Assembly (NCBI GenBank): GCA_032654565.1
Contig: JAULAX010000015.1
Coordinates: 1,226,124-1,290,123, forward strand
Reading direction: 5' to 3'
Source: Anaeromyxobacteraceae bacterium
GTDB taxonomy: Bacteria; Myxococcota; Myxococcia; Myxococcales; Anaeromyxobacteraceae
DNA: 64,000 nt
Shown here: positions 44,928-54,944 of the stretch, piece by piece
Position numbering within the stretch: the stretch's first letter is position 1
How the letters are laid out: each line of letters starts with the position of its first letter
Made by a program: the position numbers and the translations under genes
The notes under the pieces: generated by a model
What the model saw: the letters and a program-made list of their open reading frames with translations, nothing else
The model's database searches: none
Told to the model about the DNA's origin: nothing

Positions 44928-46090
44928 CGCGGGCCGCCGACCGGGGCGGCCGCCGCGTAGGGGGCCGCCAGCCCGGTGCCGCCGCCGATGAAGGCCAGCG
45001 GGTCGCGCGGCTGGCCACCCTCCCAGACCTCGAAGTGCAGGTGCGGCCCGGTGGCCAGGCCGGTCTGGCCGATGAGGCCGAGCGGGGCGCCGGTCTCGAC
45101 CGGATCGCCGGGGGCGCAGAGCAGCGCCGAGAGGTGGCCGTAGCGGGTGGTGAGGTCGCCGGGGTGGCGGACCTCGACCAGCAGCCCGTAGCCGCCGGCC
45201 CAGTGGGCGCTCACCACGTAGCCGGGCGCGGCGGCGCTGACCACGCGCCCCCGGTCGGCGGCCAGGTCGATGCCGGCGTGGAGCTGGCGGGTGCCGTTGA
45301 GCGGGTGGTCGCGGGGGCCGAAGGCGGAGGAGAGGCCGGCGTTCTCGATGGGCCAGCGCAGCCGGCCCGGGGGGCGGGCCGCGAACAGGGTCTGGCCGAT
45401 GGCCCGCGAGGTGGCGATGCGCCGGGCCAGCCGCTGGTCGCGGCCGGTGACCAGCCGGTCCAGGTCGGCGGGCGGCGGCCCGTAGCGCCGCTGGTCGAAG
45501 GCCCACTCGGCCTCGAGCGTGACGCTGGAGCGGACCAGCTCCAGCAGCGGTGTCTGGGGGAGGGGCCGGGCCAGGTAGTCGTCGAGCTGCGCCACCAGCG
45601 TGCGCCAGGCGGCCTCGGCCTCGGGCGGAAAGCCCGGGGAGGTGGTGGCGCGGAGGCGGCGGTTCCGGGCCTCGCCGGCGAAGCGGAGCAGGATGGGGTC
45701 GATGAGCGGCCCGCTGGGGGGCTCGCTGGGAGCGGACTCCGGGGCGACGTCGCGCAGCGGGGGGACCACTGGCAGGTCGGGCTCGAACCGCGGCGGCGTG
45801 GCGGGTCGGTGGGCCGCGGCCAGCCCGGTCCCGGGGCCCGTCGCGGGAGGCCGGGGCGCGGAGGTGGCGGCGCCCACCGGGTGGGCCGCCGGCTCGTCGT
45901 CGAGCAAGCCGGCCTCGCGGAAGGTCAGCTTGCGCGGCGCCGGCGCGGCGGCGCAGCCGACCGACCCGGCCAGCGCCAGGAGGAGGGCGACCGGGGCGGC
46001 GACGGGAGTGAGCCGCGCCGGTCCGTGCCGGGGGAGCCGGGAGCGCTGGGCGTGCGGGGCGTGCTGGGCGTGCGGGGGGGACCGGGCCAC
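44924..46090 (-). CDS. M23 metallopeptidase lipoprotein
   Basis: HAGIDL, YGHL, TGPHLHFEV; LAGSVG-C lipobox-like; start uncertain (GTG 46090). Confidence 0.88.
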   Translation of the reverse strand: MARSPPHAQHAPHAQRSRLPRHGPARLTPVAAPVALLLALAGSVGCAAAPAPRKLTFREAGLLDDEPAAHPVGAATSAPRPPATGPGTGLAAAHRPATPPRFEPDLPVVPPLRDVAPESAPSEPPSGPLIDPILLRFAGEARNRRLRATTSPGFPPEAEAAWRTLVAQLDDYLARPLPQTPLLELVRSSVTLEAEWAFDQRRYGPPPADLDRLVTGRDQRLARRIATSRAIGQTLFAARPPGRLRWPIENAGLSSAFGPRDHPLNGTRQLHAGIDLAADRGRVVSAAAPGYVVSAHWAGGYGLLVEVRHPGDLTTRYGHLSALLCAPGDPVETGAPLGLIGQTGLATGPHLHFEVWEGGQPRDPLAFIGGGTGLAAPYAAAAPVGGPR

Positions 46091-46240
46091 CGGCGAATCC
46101 TCGCATGGCGGGGGCGCCCCCGGAAACTCCCGGGGGGCGCCAAATCGCGTGCAAGAGGAGGAAGGACGGCCCATTCTGGCGGTGACGGCGCGCCGGACGC
46201 CCGGCGCCGGCACGGAACCCACCCCCCGGAGGAACGGCTG

Positions 46241-47683
46241 ATGAGCGCCACGAGACAGGACGTCTACCTGCAGGACTGGAAGACCCAGGAGGCCTGCGCC
46301 GAGCGGATGCTGCCCATCATCGGCAGGCTCTACCGCGAGCACAACGTGGTGCCGACGGTCTACGGCCGCCCGCTGGTGCACTGCTCGGTGCTCGACATCC
46401 TCAAGGCCCACCGCTACGCCCGGCTGATCATCGAGACCGAGCTCTCGGTGACCCAGACCTGGCCGCTGGTGGAGGCGATGTCCCGGCTCGATCTCGGCCC
46501 CGCCCGCATCGACCTCGGCAAGCTGATCGTCAAGTACCAGGGGCTGGCCGCGGCCATGACCCCGGACGCCTTCGTGCGCCAGGAGCTGGCCAGCGTCGCC
46601 ACCGGCCGCAGCGCCCTGCGCCCCACCCCGCAGGACGTGGTGCTCTACGGCTTCGGCCGCATCGGCCGGCTGCTGGCCCGCATCCTGGTGGAGAAGGCCG
46701 GCAGCGGCGAGAAGCTGCGGCTCCGGGCCGCGGTGGTCCGCAAGGGCGGGGCCGACGACCTGCTGAAGCGGGCCAGCCTGCTGCGCCGCGACTCGGTCCA
46801 CGGCCCCTTCAACGGCATCATCACCATCGACGAGGCCGAGAACGCCATCATCGCCAACGGCAACATGATCCGGATCATCTACGCCGACGCCCCGGAGAGC
46901 GTCGACTACGCCCAGTACGGCATCCGGGACGCCATCCTGGTCGACAACACCGGGAAGTGGCGCGACCGGGAGGGGCTGGGGCGGCACCTCAAGGCCAAGG
47001 GAATCGCCAAGGTGGTGCTGACCGCCCCCGGCAAGGGGGACATCCCCAACGTGGTGGCCGGGGTCAACGACGAGCTGATCCGCACCGAGGAGCGGTTGCT
47101 GTCGGCCGCCAGCTGCACCACCAACGCCATCGTCCCGGTGCTCAAGGTGATCCACGACAGGTACGGCATCGCCAGCGGCCACGTCGAGACCTGCCACTCC
47201 TACACCAACGACCAGAACCTCATCGACAACTACCACAAGGCCTCGCGCCGGGGGCGCAGCGCGCCGCTCAACATGGTGATCTCCGAGACCGGCGCCGCCA
47301 AGGCGGTGGCCAAGGTGATCCCGGCGCTGGCCGGCAAGCTGACCGGCAACGCCATCCGCGTGCCCACCCCCAACGTCTCGCTGGCCATCCTCAACCTGGA
47401 GCTGACCCAGGCCGTCGACGTGGCCGGCCTCAACGCCTACCTGCGCGAGATGTCGCTCGACTCGCCGTACCAGAACCAGATCGACTACACCAACTCGCCC
47501 GAGGTGGTCTCCAGCGACTTCGTCGGCTCGCGCGCCGCCGGGGTGGTCGACTCGCTGGCCACCATCGTGCTCGGCAAGCGCTGCGTGCTCTACGTCTGGT
47601 ACGACAACGAGTTCGGCTACAGCTGCCAGGTGGTGCGGATGATCCAGCAGCTGGCCGGCCTCGACCTGCCCTCGCTGCCCTGA
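46241..47683 (+). CDS. gap: Glyceraldehyde-3-phosphate dehydrogenase, long (480 aa) form
   Basis: [45 protein letters not shown]; ~125-aa N-terminal extension. Confidence 0.93.
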   Translation: MSATRQDVYLQDWKTQEACAERMLPIIGRLYREHNVVPTVYGRPLVHCSVLDILKAHRYARLIIETELSVTQTWPLVEAMSRLDLGPARIDLGKLIVKYQGLAAAMTPDAFVRQELASVATGRSALRPTPQDVVLYGFGRIGRLLARILVEKAGSGEKLRLRAAVVRKGGADDLLKRASLLRRDSVHGPFNGIITIDEAENAIIANGNMIRIIYADAPESVDYAQYGIRDAILVDNTGKWRDREGLGRHLKAKGIAKVVLTAPGKGDIPNVVAGVNDELIRTEERLLSAASCTTNAIVPVLKVIHDRYGIASGHVETCHSYTNDQNLIDNYHKASRRGRSAPLNMVISETGAAKAVAKVIPALAGKLTGNAIRVPTPNVSLAILNLELTQAVDVAGLNAYLREMSLDSPYQNQIDYTNSPEVVSSDFVGSRAAGVVDSLATIVLGKRCVLYVWYDNEFGYSCQVVRMIQQLAGLDLPSLP

Positions 47684-47698
47684 GCGGCGCGCCCGGCC

Positions 47699-48730
<1,032 letters not shown>

Positions 48731-48775
48731 GCGGTTCTCCCGGGGAGGGGCCGGGATGCTAGCATCCGCGGCCGC

Positions 48776-49507
48776 ATGGCGGCACGGCGAGCGGCGAGGA
48801 CCGGAGCGAAGGTGGGGCCGAGGCGGAAGGCCGGGGGCCGGCCGGTCTCCGAGGCCGAGCGGGTCCGGGCCGTGGAGGTGGTGCGGCGGCTCGGTGAGGC
48901 CATGCCCGGCGCGCGCATCGAGCTCGACTTCACGAGCGACCTGCAGCTGATGGTGGCGGTGATCCTCTCGGCCCAGTCGACCGACAAGGGGGTCAACCGG
49001 GTCACCCCGGGCCTGTTCGCCGCCTTCCCCGACGCCGCGGCGCTGGGGCGCGCCGAGCCGGAGCAGCTCTGGCCCCACATCCGCACGCTCGGGCTCTTCC
49101 GCAACAAGGCCAGGGCCATCGTGGCGGCGGCGCGCCGGATCGTCGAGCTCCACGGCGGCGTGGTGCCGCGCACCCGGGTGGAGCTGGAGGCGCTGCCCGG
49201 GGTGGGGCAGAAGTCGGCCGGGGTGATCCTGCTGCAGCAGGGGGTGGAGGCGGCCTTCCCGGTCGACACGCACGTGGGGCGGCTGGCGCGCCGGCTCGGC
49301 TTCACGCGGCAGCAGGCGCCGGGGAAGGTGGAGGCGGCGCTGCGGGCGCTCTTCCCGCGCGAGCTCTGGGCCGACGGCCACCAGCTGCTGGTCTGGCACG
49401 GGCGGCGCTGCTGCACGGCCCGGGCGCCAGCCTGCCCGCGCTGCCCGGTGGCGGAGCTCTGCCCGAAGCGCGGCGTGAAGGTCGTGGCAACGCGCGCGGA
49501 CGGGTGA
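48776..49507 (+). CDS. nth: Endonuclease III
   Basis: [42 protein letters not shown]. Confidence 0.95.
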   Translation: MAARRAARTGAKVGPRRKAGGRPVSEAERVRAVEVVRRLGEAMPGARIELDFTSDLQLMVAVILSAQSTDKGVNRVTPGLFAAFPDAAALGRAEPEQLWPHIRTLGLFRNKARAIVAAARRIVELHGGVVPRTRVELEALPGVGQKSAGVILLQQGVEAAFPVDTHVGRLARRLGFTRQQAPGKVEAALRALFPRELWADGHQLLVWHGRRCCTARAPACPRCPVAELCPKRGVKVVATRADG

Positions 49508-49564
49508 GGCGGACGGGGGCGGCGTTGGCGCGCCGTGGAGGCGCGTGCTATGGCCCGGGGCGCT

Positions 49565-49954
49565 GGAGCCGTCCGGACGAACGCGTCAGAACTCGTGTCT
49601 GCCGAGGAAAGTCCGGGCACCAGAGGGCAAGGTGCCGGTTAACGACCGGTCGGGGCGACCCGCAGGAAAGTGCCACAGAGAGCAGACCGCCGAACGGCGC
49701 CGCGAGGCGTGCGTGGCAAGGGTGAAAAGGTGCGGTAAGAGCGCACCGCGCTCCTGGCAACAGGGGCGGCACGGCAAACCCCACCTGGTGCAAGGGCACA
49801 TAGGGAGGCTGCTCCGCCGCAAGGCGGGGCGAAGGGCGGCCCGCCCCACGCCTCCGGGTAGCCCGCTCGAGGCGTGCGGCAACGCACGTCCTAGATGAAT
49901 GTTCGTCGCCGCGGGGAAACTCGCGGACCAGAACCCGGCTTACAGGGCGGCTCC
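49565..49954 (+). ncRNA. rnpB: RNase P RNA, class A
   Basis: GAGGAAAGTCCGGGC, AGTGCCACAGA, GGTAAGAGCGCACC, GGCAAACCCC, AGAACCCGGCTTA; P1 GGAGCCGTCC/GGGCGGCTCC. Confidence 0.97.
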
Positions 49955-50036
49955 GGCATTTTCCTTCACATGGTCGATCGTTGGGCTGCCCCGGCGCCAC
50001 CGGGGCCGGCGGGTCGCGGCCCGATGGCGCCTGGCC

Positions 50037-50076
50037 TTGCCGTGCCGCTCCGGGAGCGTTATACGTTGGTAAGAAC
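50037..50076 (+). promoter_or_regulatory. Putative TA promoter/operator
   Basis: TTGCCG-17 nt-TATACG; imperfect palindrome CGTTATAC...GTAAGAACG across the -10. Confidence 0.45.
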
Positions 50077-50087
50077 GGAGCCCGACC

Positions 50088-50312
50088 ATGCGCAAGAAGC
50101 TCTCGGCCATCGGAAACAGCCTCGGCATCGTCATCGAGAAGCCCATCCTGGAGCTGCTCGACATCACCCGCGAGACCGAACTCGACATGACCACCGAGGG
50201 CGGCCGGCTCATCATCGCCCCGGTGAAGAAGCCCAAGCGTGAGCGGGTGAAGGCTGCCATCGACGAGGTGATGGTGGATCACGCCGGGACCTTCCGGAAG
50301 CTCGCTCGGTAG
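50088..50312 (+). CDS. AbrB/MazE-family antitoxin
   Basis: KLSAIGNSLGIVIEKPILELLDI...GRLIIAP; C-terminal HAGTFRKLA, like Doc-associated antitoxins. Confidence 0.9.
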   Translation: MRKKLSAIGNSLGIVIEKPILELLDITRETELDMTTEGGRLIIAPVKKPKRERVKAAIDEVMVDHAGTFRKLAR

Positions 50313-50316
50313 CCCG

Positions 50317-50730
50317 ATGCTCGAGCCGGAGTTCCTTGACCTCAGCGACGTGCTGGAGCTCCATGAACGCCAGGTCGAGGCGTTCGGTGGCGCGCTTGGG
50401 CTGAGGGACCAGGGATTGCTCGAGTCGGCGGTGGCCATGCCGCAGGCCGCCTTCGGGGGCCAGTTCGTCCACGAGGGCCTCTTCGCCATGGCCGCCGCCT
50501 ACGCCTTCCATATCGCGGAGAATCAGCCGTTCCTGGATGGGAACAAGCGGACCGGCCTCGGCGCAGCGCTGGTCTTTCTTCGCCTCAACGGCTTCCGAAT
50601 CGCCGGTCAGGGCGAGGAACTCTTCGAGGCCATGATCGCCATCGCTGAACGTCGCCTGGACGAGGCGGGTCTGGCGGAGCTGCTGGAGCGGCTGTCCCGG
50701 CCGGTCGGAGACGAGGGCGCACCCCGGTAG
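50317..50730 (+). CDS. Doc/Fic-family toxin (His->Gln in the Fic motif)
   Basis: GLRDQGLLESAVAMP, AAAYAFHI, NQPFLDGNKRTG, FLRLNG. Confidence 0.9.
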   Translation: MLEPEFLDLSDVLELHERQVEAFGGALGLRDQGLLESAVAMPQAAFGGQFVHEGLFAMAAAYAFHIAENQPFLDGNKRTGLGAALVFLRLNGFRIAGQGEELFEAMIAIAERRLDEAGLAELLERLSRPVGDEGAPR

Positions 50731-50813
50731 TTCGACCCTGGTTGATGCGCACGAACCAGGCCAAGGTGGCGCACCATCACCCCGATCGGCTCCCCTCGCT
50801 CCACTGTCACCAG

Positions 50814-50960
50814 TGGGCTTGCCCCGATCTCGTGGACACCTCCGATGTGAGGGAGACTTGGTCCATGGCGAAGTGGAAGAGGCGGAAGTTCACGGCTGAG
50901 TACAAGGCCGAGGTGGTGGGGTTGGTCGGTGCCAGCGGCACGGGCATCGGGCAGGCGACA
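50814..50960 (+). mobile_element. IS3-family remnant: left IR + first ~30 codons of orfA
   Basis: TGGGCTTGCCCCGATCTCGTGGACACC resembles an IS3 IRL; ATG 50865 MAKWKRRKFTAEYKAEVVGLV (HTH_Tnp_1 start), then truncated. Confidence 0.8.
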
Positions 50961-51036
50961 AGGGGCCCGGGAAGGGCGGGTAGGGCAGCCCGGCAGGGCT
51001 GCGCAGGCGCAGGGGTCGGAGTATGATGGGAGCCGT

Positions 51037-51264
51037 ATGAAGGCACTCAAGGCACAGGTCAGGGGTGGGAGGCTGGTGCTCGACGAGCCCACCGAGCTTC
51101 CCGAGGGGACCGAAGTCGAGTTGACCCTGGTGGAGGACGACGGGTTCGACCCCGAGGAGCGTGCGCGCCTGCTCAAGGAGCTGGACGGGTCCCAGGCCGA
51201 GTACGAGCGCGGCGAGCACGATAACGCCTTCGAGTTCCTCGCCCAGCTGAGAGCGGGACGGTGA
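51037..51264 (+). CDS. Antitoxin (AF2212/AbrB-like N-terminus)
   Basis: MKALKAQVRGGRLVLDEPTELPEGTEVEL; acidic C-terminus; GTGA overlap with the toxin gene; TATGAT at 51022-51027. Confidence 0.75.
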   Translation: MKALKAQVRGGRLVLDEPTELPEGTEVELTLVEDDGFDPEERARLLKELDGSQAEYERGEHDNAFEFLAQLRAGR

Positions 51265-51560
51265 AGGTTCGAATCACTGCCCGTGCGCGGGTGCAGGTGC
51301 GTGGCAGGAAGGCTTGGCGGGCAGAGAATCGTCCAGCCGCGCCCTCCTTGTTCGAAGAGGAGCTCTACCGGACCCTCCGGCTCATCTCCGAGCTGCCCGA
51401 AGCCGGTGTGAGGTGGCCCACGACGAGGAACCCGAGGCTGCGACGGGTCCTCATGACCGAGACCCACCATCACGTCTACTTCTATGTGGACCAGCCCGAG
51501 AGCTCCGTGGTCGTCCTGACCGTGTGGGGGGCTCAGCGCGGGCGTGAACCCAGCCTGTAG
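51261..51560 (+). CDS. RelE/ParE-family toxin
   Basis: 99 aa, basic; VRITARARVQ...ISELPEAG...LRRVLM...HHVYFYV...VVVLTVWG. Confidence 0.82.
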   Translation: MKVRITARARVQVRGRKAWRAENRPAAPSLFEEELYRTLRLISELPEAGVRWPTTRNPRLRRVLMTETHHHVYFYVDQPESSVVVLTVWGAQRGREPSL

Positions 51561-51913
51561 GCCGCCCCGCAGCCAGGGTGCCCGCCAGCTTTCCGGCAGG
51601 GGAATCGCTCGCTCCGGGCCCATTCTCCTCGTAGCGCATCGTACTGGCCTATGACTGGCCATTCTCTGTCGCAATCTGTCTCCCGGCACTGTCATTCGGC
51701 CCCAGACAGTATGGGGAAGTACGCGAAATGACGGCACCTGGCGCCGAGCGCGGAAGGTCAGCGACAGATGAAAGAGACCCCGGCTTACTGTTGCCGCTCA
51801 AGCTGGCTGATGGAACTGCGGCCCGGCTCGTTGGTGTCCACCGGCACGGTGAGCGGAGCCCGCGCACGGGTGTGATGGCGATGGCGGGGAGCGGGCCCGG
51901 CGGGTAGGCCGGG

Positions 51914-52732
51914 TCACTCGGAGCGCTCCAGGCCGTCGCGGTCCAGGACGCGGGCGAGGAGGTCGCGTTCGACGAGCTTGCGCTTCTTGCGAGCGGCCTC
52001 GCGGAGGCAGCCGGTGGCAAGCCGGTCGAGGTCGCGCATGCCGCCGATGGCTGTCTCGTGGAGCATCTGTACGGCATCCTGGGTGAAGACGTCGCGGTCG
52101 CAGCCGGCGCGCTTCATTCGGTAGCGAAGGTACTCGGCGGTGTCCTCGGGGGTGAGCGGGTCCACGTGGAGCCGCCAGTGGATGCGCGACTGGAGCGACC
52201 TGAAGCGGCGGAGCTGGAGTTGGTCCTTCAGCTCGGGCAGGCCGACCAGGACAAGCGAGAGAAGCGCCCGCGAGTCCCACTCGTAGTTGAGTAGGATGTG
52301 CAGGTGGCCCAGCATCTCCGGGTGGAGCAGGTGGGCCTCGTCGATGAGGAAGACCGGGTGGGCCCGCTCGTTGCCGAGGTCGCGGACGTGCTCGGTGACT
52401 GCGTAGAAGACGCCGGCGGCGGACGCCTTGGGCGAGAGGCCGAGGGCGAGGCAGAGCTGGCGGTAGAGGTCTCGGCGGCCGAGCGTGGCGTTGTGGCAGT
52501 AGGTGAGCCGGTAGCCGGCCTCCGGGAGCCGCTTGCGGAGCGCCCGTAGGACGCAGGTCTTGCCGACACCGGGGTCGCCGGTGAGCAGCACGGAGGCGCG
52601 CTCGGAAACCGCGGTACAGAGGTCGTCCACCACGCTGGCCTTGGAGCTGGGGAGCCAGAGGTCGCCGTCGGCGATCTCCTTGGAGAAGGGCGGCTCCTTG
52701 AGCCCGAAGGTGGTGATCCAGGTGTCGCTCAT
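51914..52732 (-). CDS. ExeA/TniB-like AAA+ ATPase (transposition helper)
   Basis: FGLKEPPFSK, Walker A GDPGVGKT, Walker B FLIDEAH, LVLVGLPEL; ATGA overlap with the integrase gene. Confidence 0.9.
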   Translation of the reverse strand: MSDTWITTFGLKEPPFSKEIADGDLWLPSSKASVVDDLCTAVSERASVLLTGDPGVGKTCVLRALRKRLPEAGYRLTYCHNATLGRRDLYRQLCLALGLSPKASAAGVFYAVTEHVRDLGNERAHPVFLIDEAHLLHPEMLGHLHILLNYEWDSRALLSLVLVGLPELKDQLQLRRFRSLQSRIHWRLHVDPLTPEDTAEYLRYRMKRAGCDRDVFTQDAVQMLHETAIGGMRDLDRLATGCLREAARKKRKLVERDLLARVLDRDGLERSE

Positions 52733-54117
52733 CGAGAGCCCTCCTCGTCGGTGCGGCGGCCGGTGGCGCGGGCGAGCAGCGCGCCGGCGGGATCGAAGGG
52801 CGTGGTTGGCCTGACGACGGCCTCCTCCTCTGGCCGGCGTGGCGGCCGCTTGCGGCGGGCGTTGGCCTTGGGATCGACGAGGTGGAGCGGGAGAAGCTGG
52901 CCGTCGTGCTCCACCCAGGCGTCGCCGCCGAGGAGGGAGCGGCCGACGGTGACGACGCGGCCGGCCAGGTAGCCCTGGTCGAGTTCGTAGTCCTGGCCGT
53001 CCCAGGAGACGGTGGTATCGGCGCGGACGCGGCGGCGCACCCGGACCGTGAGAGCGTCCCGGAGCTTCTGCTCGTCGAGGTCGTCTGCTGCGCGCTTGGT
53101 CGCGCCGAAGACGGTGGCCGGAGCCCGGCCCATGAGCGAGGCGTGGGGCGCGACCTGGTAGTGCTGGTCGATGAAGGCGTAGAGCCGAACCTCGACGTCG
53201 TGGAGGGAAGTCATGGTGCCGAGGTGGTCGAGGCAGCCCTCGCGCAGCGTCCTCCAGAAGCGCTCCATCTTGCCGCGGGCCGGCGCGTCGTACGGCCTGG
53301 CGTGCAGGAGCGAGATGCCGAGCCGGGCGCAGGCGGTGCGGAGGACCTCGCCGATGTAGGTCGCGCCGTTGTCGAGGTAGAGCACGTCAGGCGGGCCGTG
53401 CTTGCGCAGGGCCCGCACCAGGATCTCGAGCATGTCGGTCTCGCGCTCGGTGTGGCGGGCCTCGATGGCGACGATGAACCGGCTGGCGTCGTCGAGCAGG
53501 GCGTGGATGCGCAGCGGGCGGGACTTGCCGTCGATGGTGAGCGCCGAGCCGTGGCAGACGTCGGCGTGCCAGAGCGCGCCTGGGCTCGATGCCTCCCAGC
53601 GAAGTCGCGTCTTCTGGCCGCCGCCCTCGCGCATCGGCACGCGGTCGAGCCCCTGATCGACGTAGAGCCGGCGCACGGTGGCCGGCGAGACGGCGTCCTT
53701 GGCGAGGCGGCCGTCGGCCACCAAGGTGCGCAGGATGAGCGGCACCGAGGCCGAGCGATGCTCGCGGCGGATGTCGAGGAGGAGCTGGCGCTGCTCGGGA
53801 GTGAGCTCCTGCCCGTGGCCGCGATCACTGCGCGGGGCCGGCCGCAGGGCGGCCAGGCCGCCCTGGCGGTAGGCGTAGTACCAGCGCTCCAGCGTGGTGA
53901 CGGAGAAGAACCTTGTCGCGTCGGCGCCGGGCGGCCGGTAGCGCTCCTGCGCGAGCGCGCAGAAGGCGGCGCGCAGCTCGCCGTGATCCAGCTCCCGGGT
54001 GGTGAGTGCACCGACGATGGTGCTGCGGAAGATGGCCACCTCCTCGGCGTGGTCCTTGGGGGACAGCGGTGTGGTCTTGGGCAGCGGCAGCTGCGTGCCC
54101 TGGGCGGACTCGTCCAT
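52729..54117 (-). CDS. DDE integrase/transposase (rve + Mu-like C-terminal domain)
   Basis: HTH TLERWYYAYRQGGLAAL; LWHADV, LYLDNGATY, GKMERFW catalytic triad; RRVRADTTVS; GAGGAG RBS before ATG 54117. Confidence 0.92.
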   Translation of the reverse strand: MDESAQGTQLPLPKTTPLSPKDHAEEVAIFRSTIVGALTTRELDHGELRAAFCALAQERYRPPGADATRFFSVTTLERWYYAYRQGGLAALRPAPRSDRGHGQELTPEQRQLLLDIRREHRSASVPLILRTLVADGRLAKDAVSPATVRRLYVDQGLDRVPMREGGGQKTRLRWEASSPGALWHADVCHGSALTIDGKSRPLRIHALLDDASRFIVAIEARHTERETDMLEILVRALRKHGPPDVLYLDNGATYIGEVLRTACARLGISLLHARPYDAPARGKMERFWRTLREGCLDHLGTMTSLHDVEVRLYAFIDQHYQVAPHASLMGRAPATVFGATKRAADDLDEQKLRDALTVRVRRRVRADTTVSWDGQDYELDQGYLAGRVVTVGRSLLGGDAWVEHDGQLLPLHLVDPKANARRKRPPRRPEEEAVVRPTTPFDPAGALLARATGRRTDEEGSR

Positions 54118-54252
54118 GTCTGGCTCCTCGTGGCGCCTCGCCGAGATGGCGGGGGCGCAACGGAGAGCCATGCCCGGCGGCCAGGTCGAGGCAGAGCGAT
54201 CCCGGATGGTGGGATCGTCCAAGCCCGCGCCGCCGCGGCGATGGACCTCGGC

Positions 54253-54606
54253 CTACATGCTTGCCCCGAGGAACGCCGCCGACTCGATGGAGAGCCCTCC
54301 AGAGGCCGGCGCGCAGGCGGCCAGCGTCGTCGCCGCGCGCGCCGCCACCTGGCGCAGCCGCGCCTCGGCCGGCAGCGCCCTGACCACCGGGAAGAGCTGG
54401 CCGGCCCGCACCGCCCTCGACCAGCGGCGCAGCGAGGCCCATCCCGCCGCCGCGGTGGCGCCCACGATCGTGAATGGGCTGACCTGACGTCGGACCACCG
54501 CTGCCGGCTGGCCGCCGCAGCCCCAGAGCGCCAGCGCCAGGGCGATGGCCCCGGCCCGGTAGAGCCGGCCGGCCGCGATGCCCCGAGGCCCCACCACCAC
54601 CACCGC
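54253..54606 (-). pseudogene. 5'-truncated small accessory gene of the integrase element
   Basis: AVVVVGPRG...LYRAGAIALALALWG...VRRQVSP...GWASLRRW; no native start, and the frame runs into antisense IS256 sequence. Confidence 0.6.
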
Positions 54607-54752
54607 GCTCAACGTGACCGCCATCTGGACCGACCGCCGCTACCTGGACATGTCCCTGCTGAAGTCGAAGGAGGTCGCCGTCGCCAAGGCGGCCTGATGA
54701 ATCCGAGGAGCTTCACGCGATGTACGATTTACACAGAGATGGGGACTTGACC
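54604..54752 (+). mobile_element. IS256-family 3' remnant (transposase tail + right IR)
   Basis: ALNVTAIWTDRRYLDMSLLKSKEVAVAKAA-stop, then TTTACACAGAGATGGGGACTTGACC, which resembles an IS256 terminal IR. Confidence 0.8.
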
Positions 54753-54874
54753 GTCGCCAGCGGGACGAGGCCGAGGTAGCCAAGCGGGGACTGCGGTCCG
54801 ACGAACACCAGGGACAGCAGCCCCAGGCCGAGGACGATGCGGACGGCGCGATCGATGGTGCCTTCGTTGGTCAT
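54753..54874 (-). pseudogene. DUF2892/YgaP-like membrane protein truncated by IS256
   Basis: GGAGG RBS; MTNEGTIDRAVRIVLGLGLLSLVFVGPQSPLGYLGLVPLAT, then immediately the IS IR; the expected CPxY second half is missing. Confidence 0.82.
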
Positions 54875-54944
54875 GTGTGCTTCCTCCAGTGCCCGGTGAG
54901 AGCCCGGGGGCAGCCGGAGGATTCGCCAGGACCTGGAAGCTGGG

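Larger units (their letters stand above)
51789..54606 (-). mobile_element. Three-gene transposon-like element (small ORF + DDE integrase + ExeA-like AAA ATPase), left end lost
   Basis: Genes listed below; candidate terminal TGTTGCCGCTCA at 51789; 5' part replaced by IS256 sequence at ~54606. Confidence 0.7.

Noticed and set aside
49504..49898. Small ORFs overlapping 49504-49898
   Set aside because: They overlap the RNase P RNA gene.
51779..51788. CCCGGCTTAC identical to rnpB 49934-49943, as a possible att duplication
   Set aside because: Only 10 bp, it does not include the rnpB 3' terminus, and no site-specific integrase is present; plausibly chance.
51914..52732. Type II secretion ExeA, or a CAST/Tn7 system
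   Set aside because: It has no peptidoglycan-binding domain or T2SS genes and is coupled to a transposase; no TniQ, TnsA, Cas gene or array is visible.
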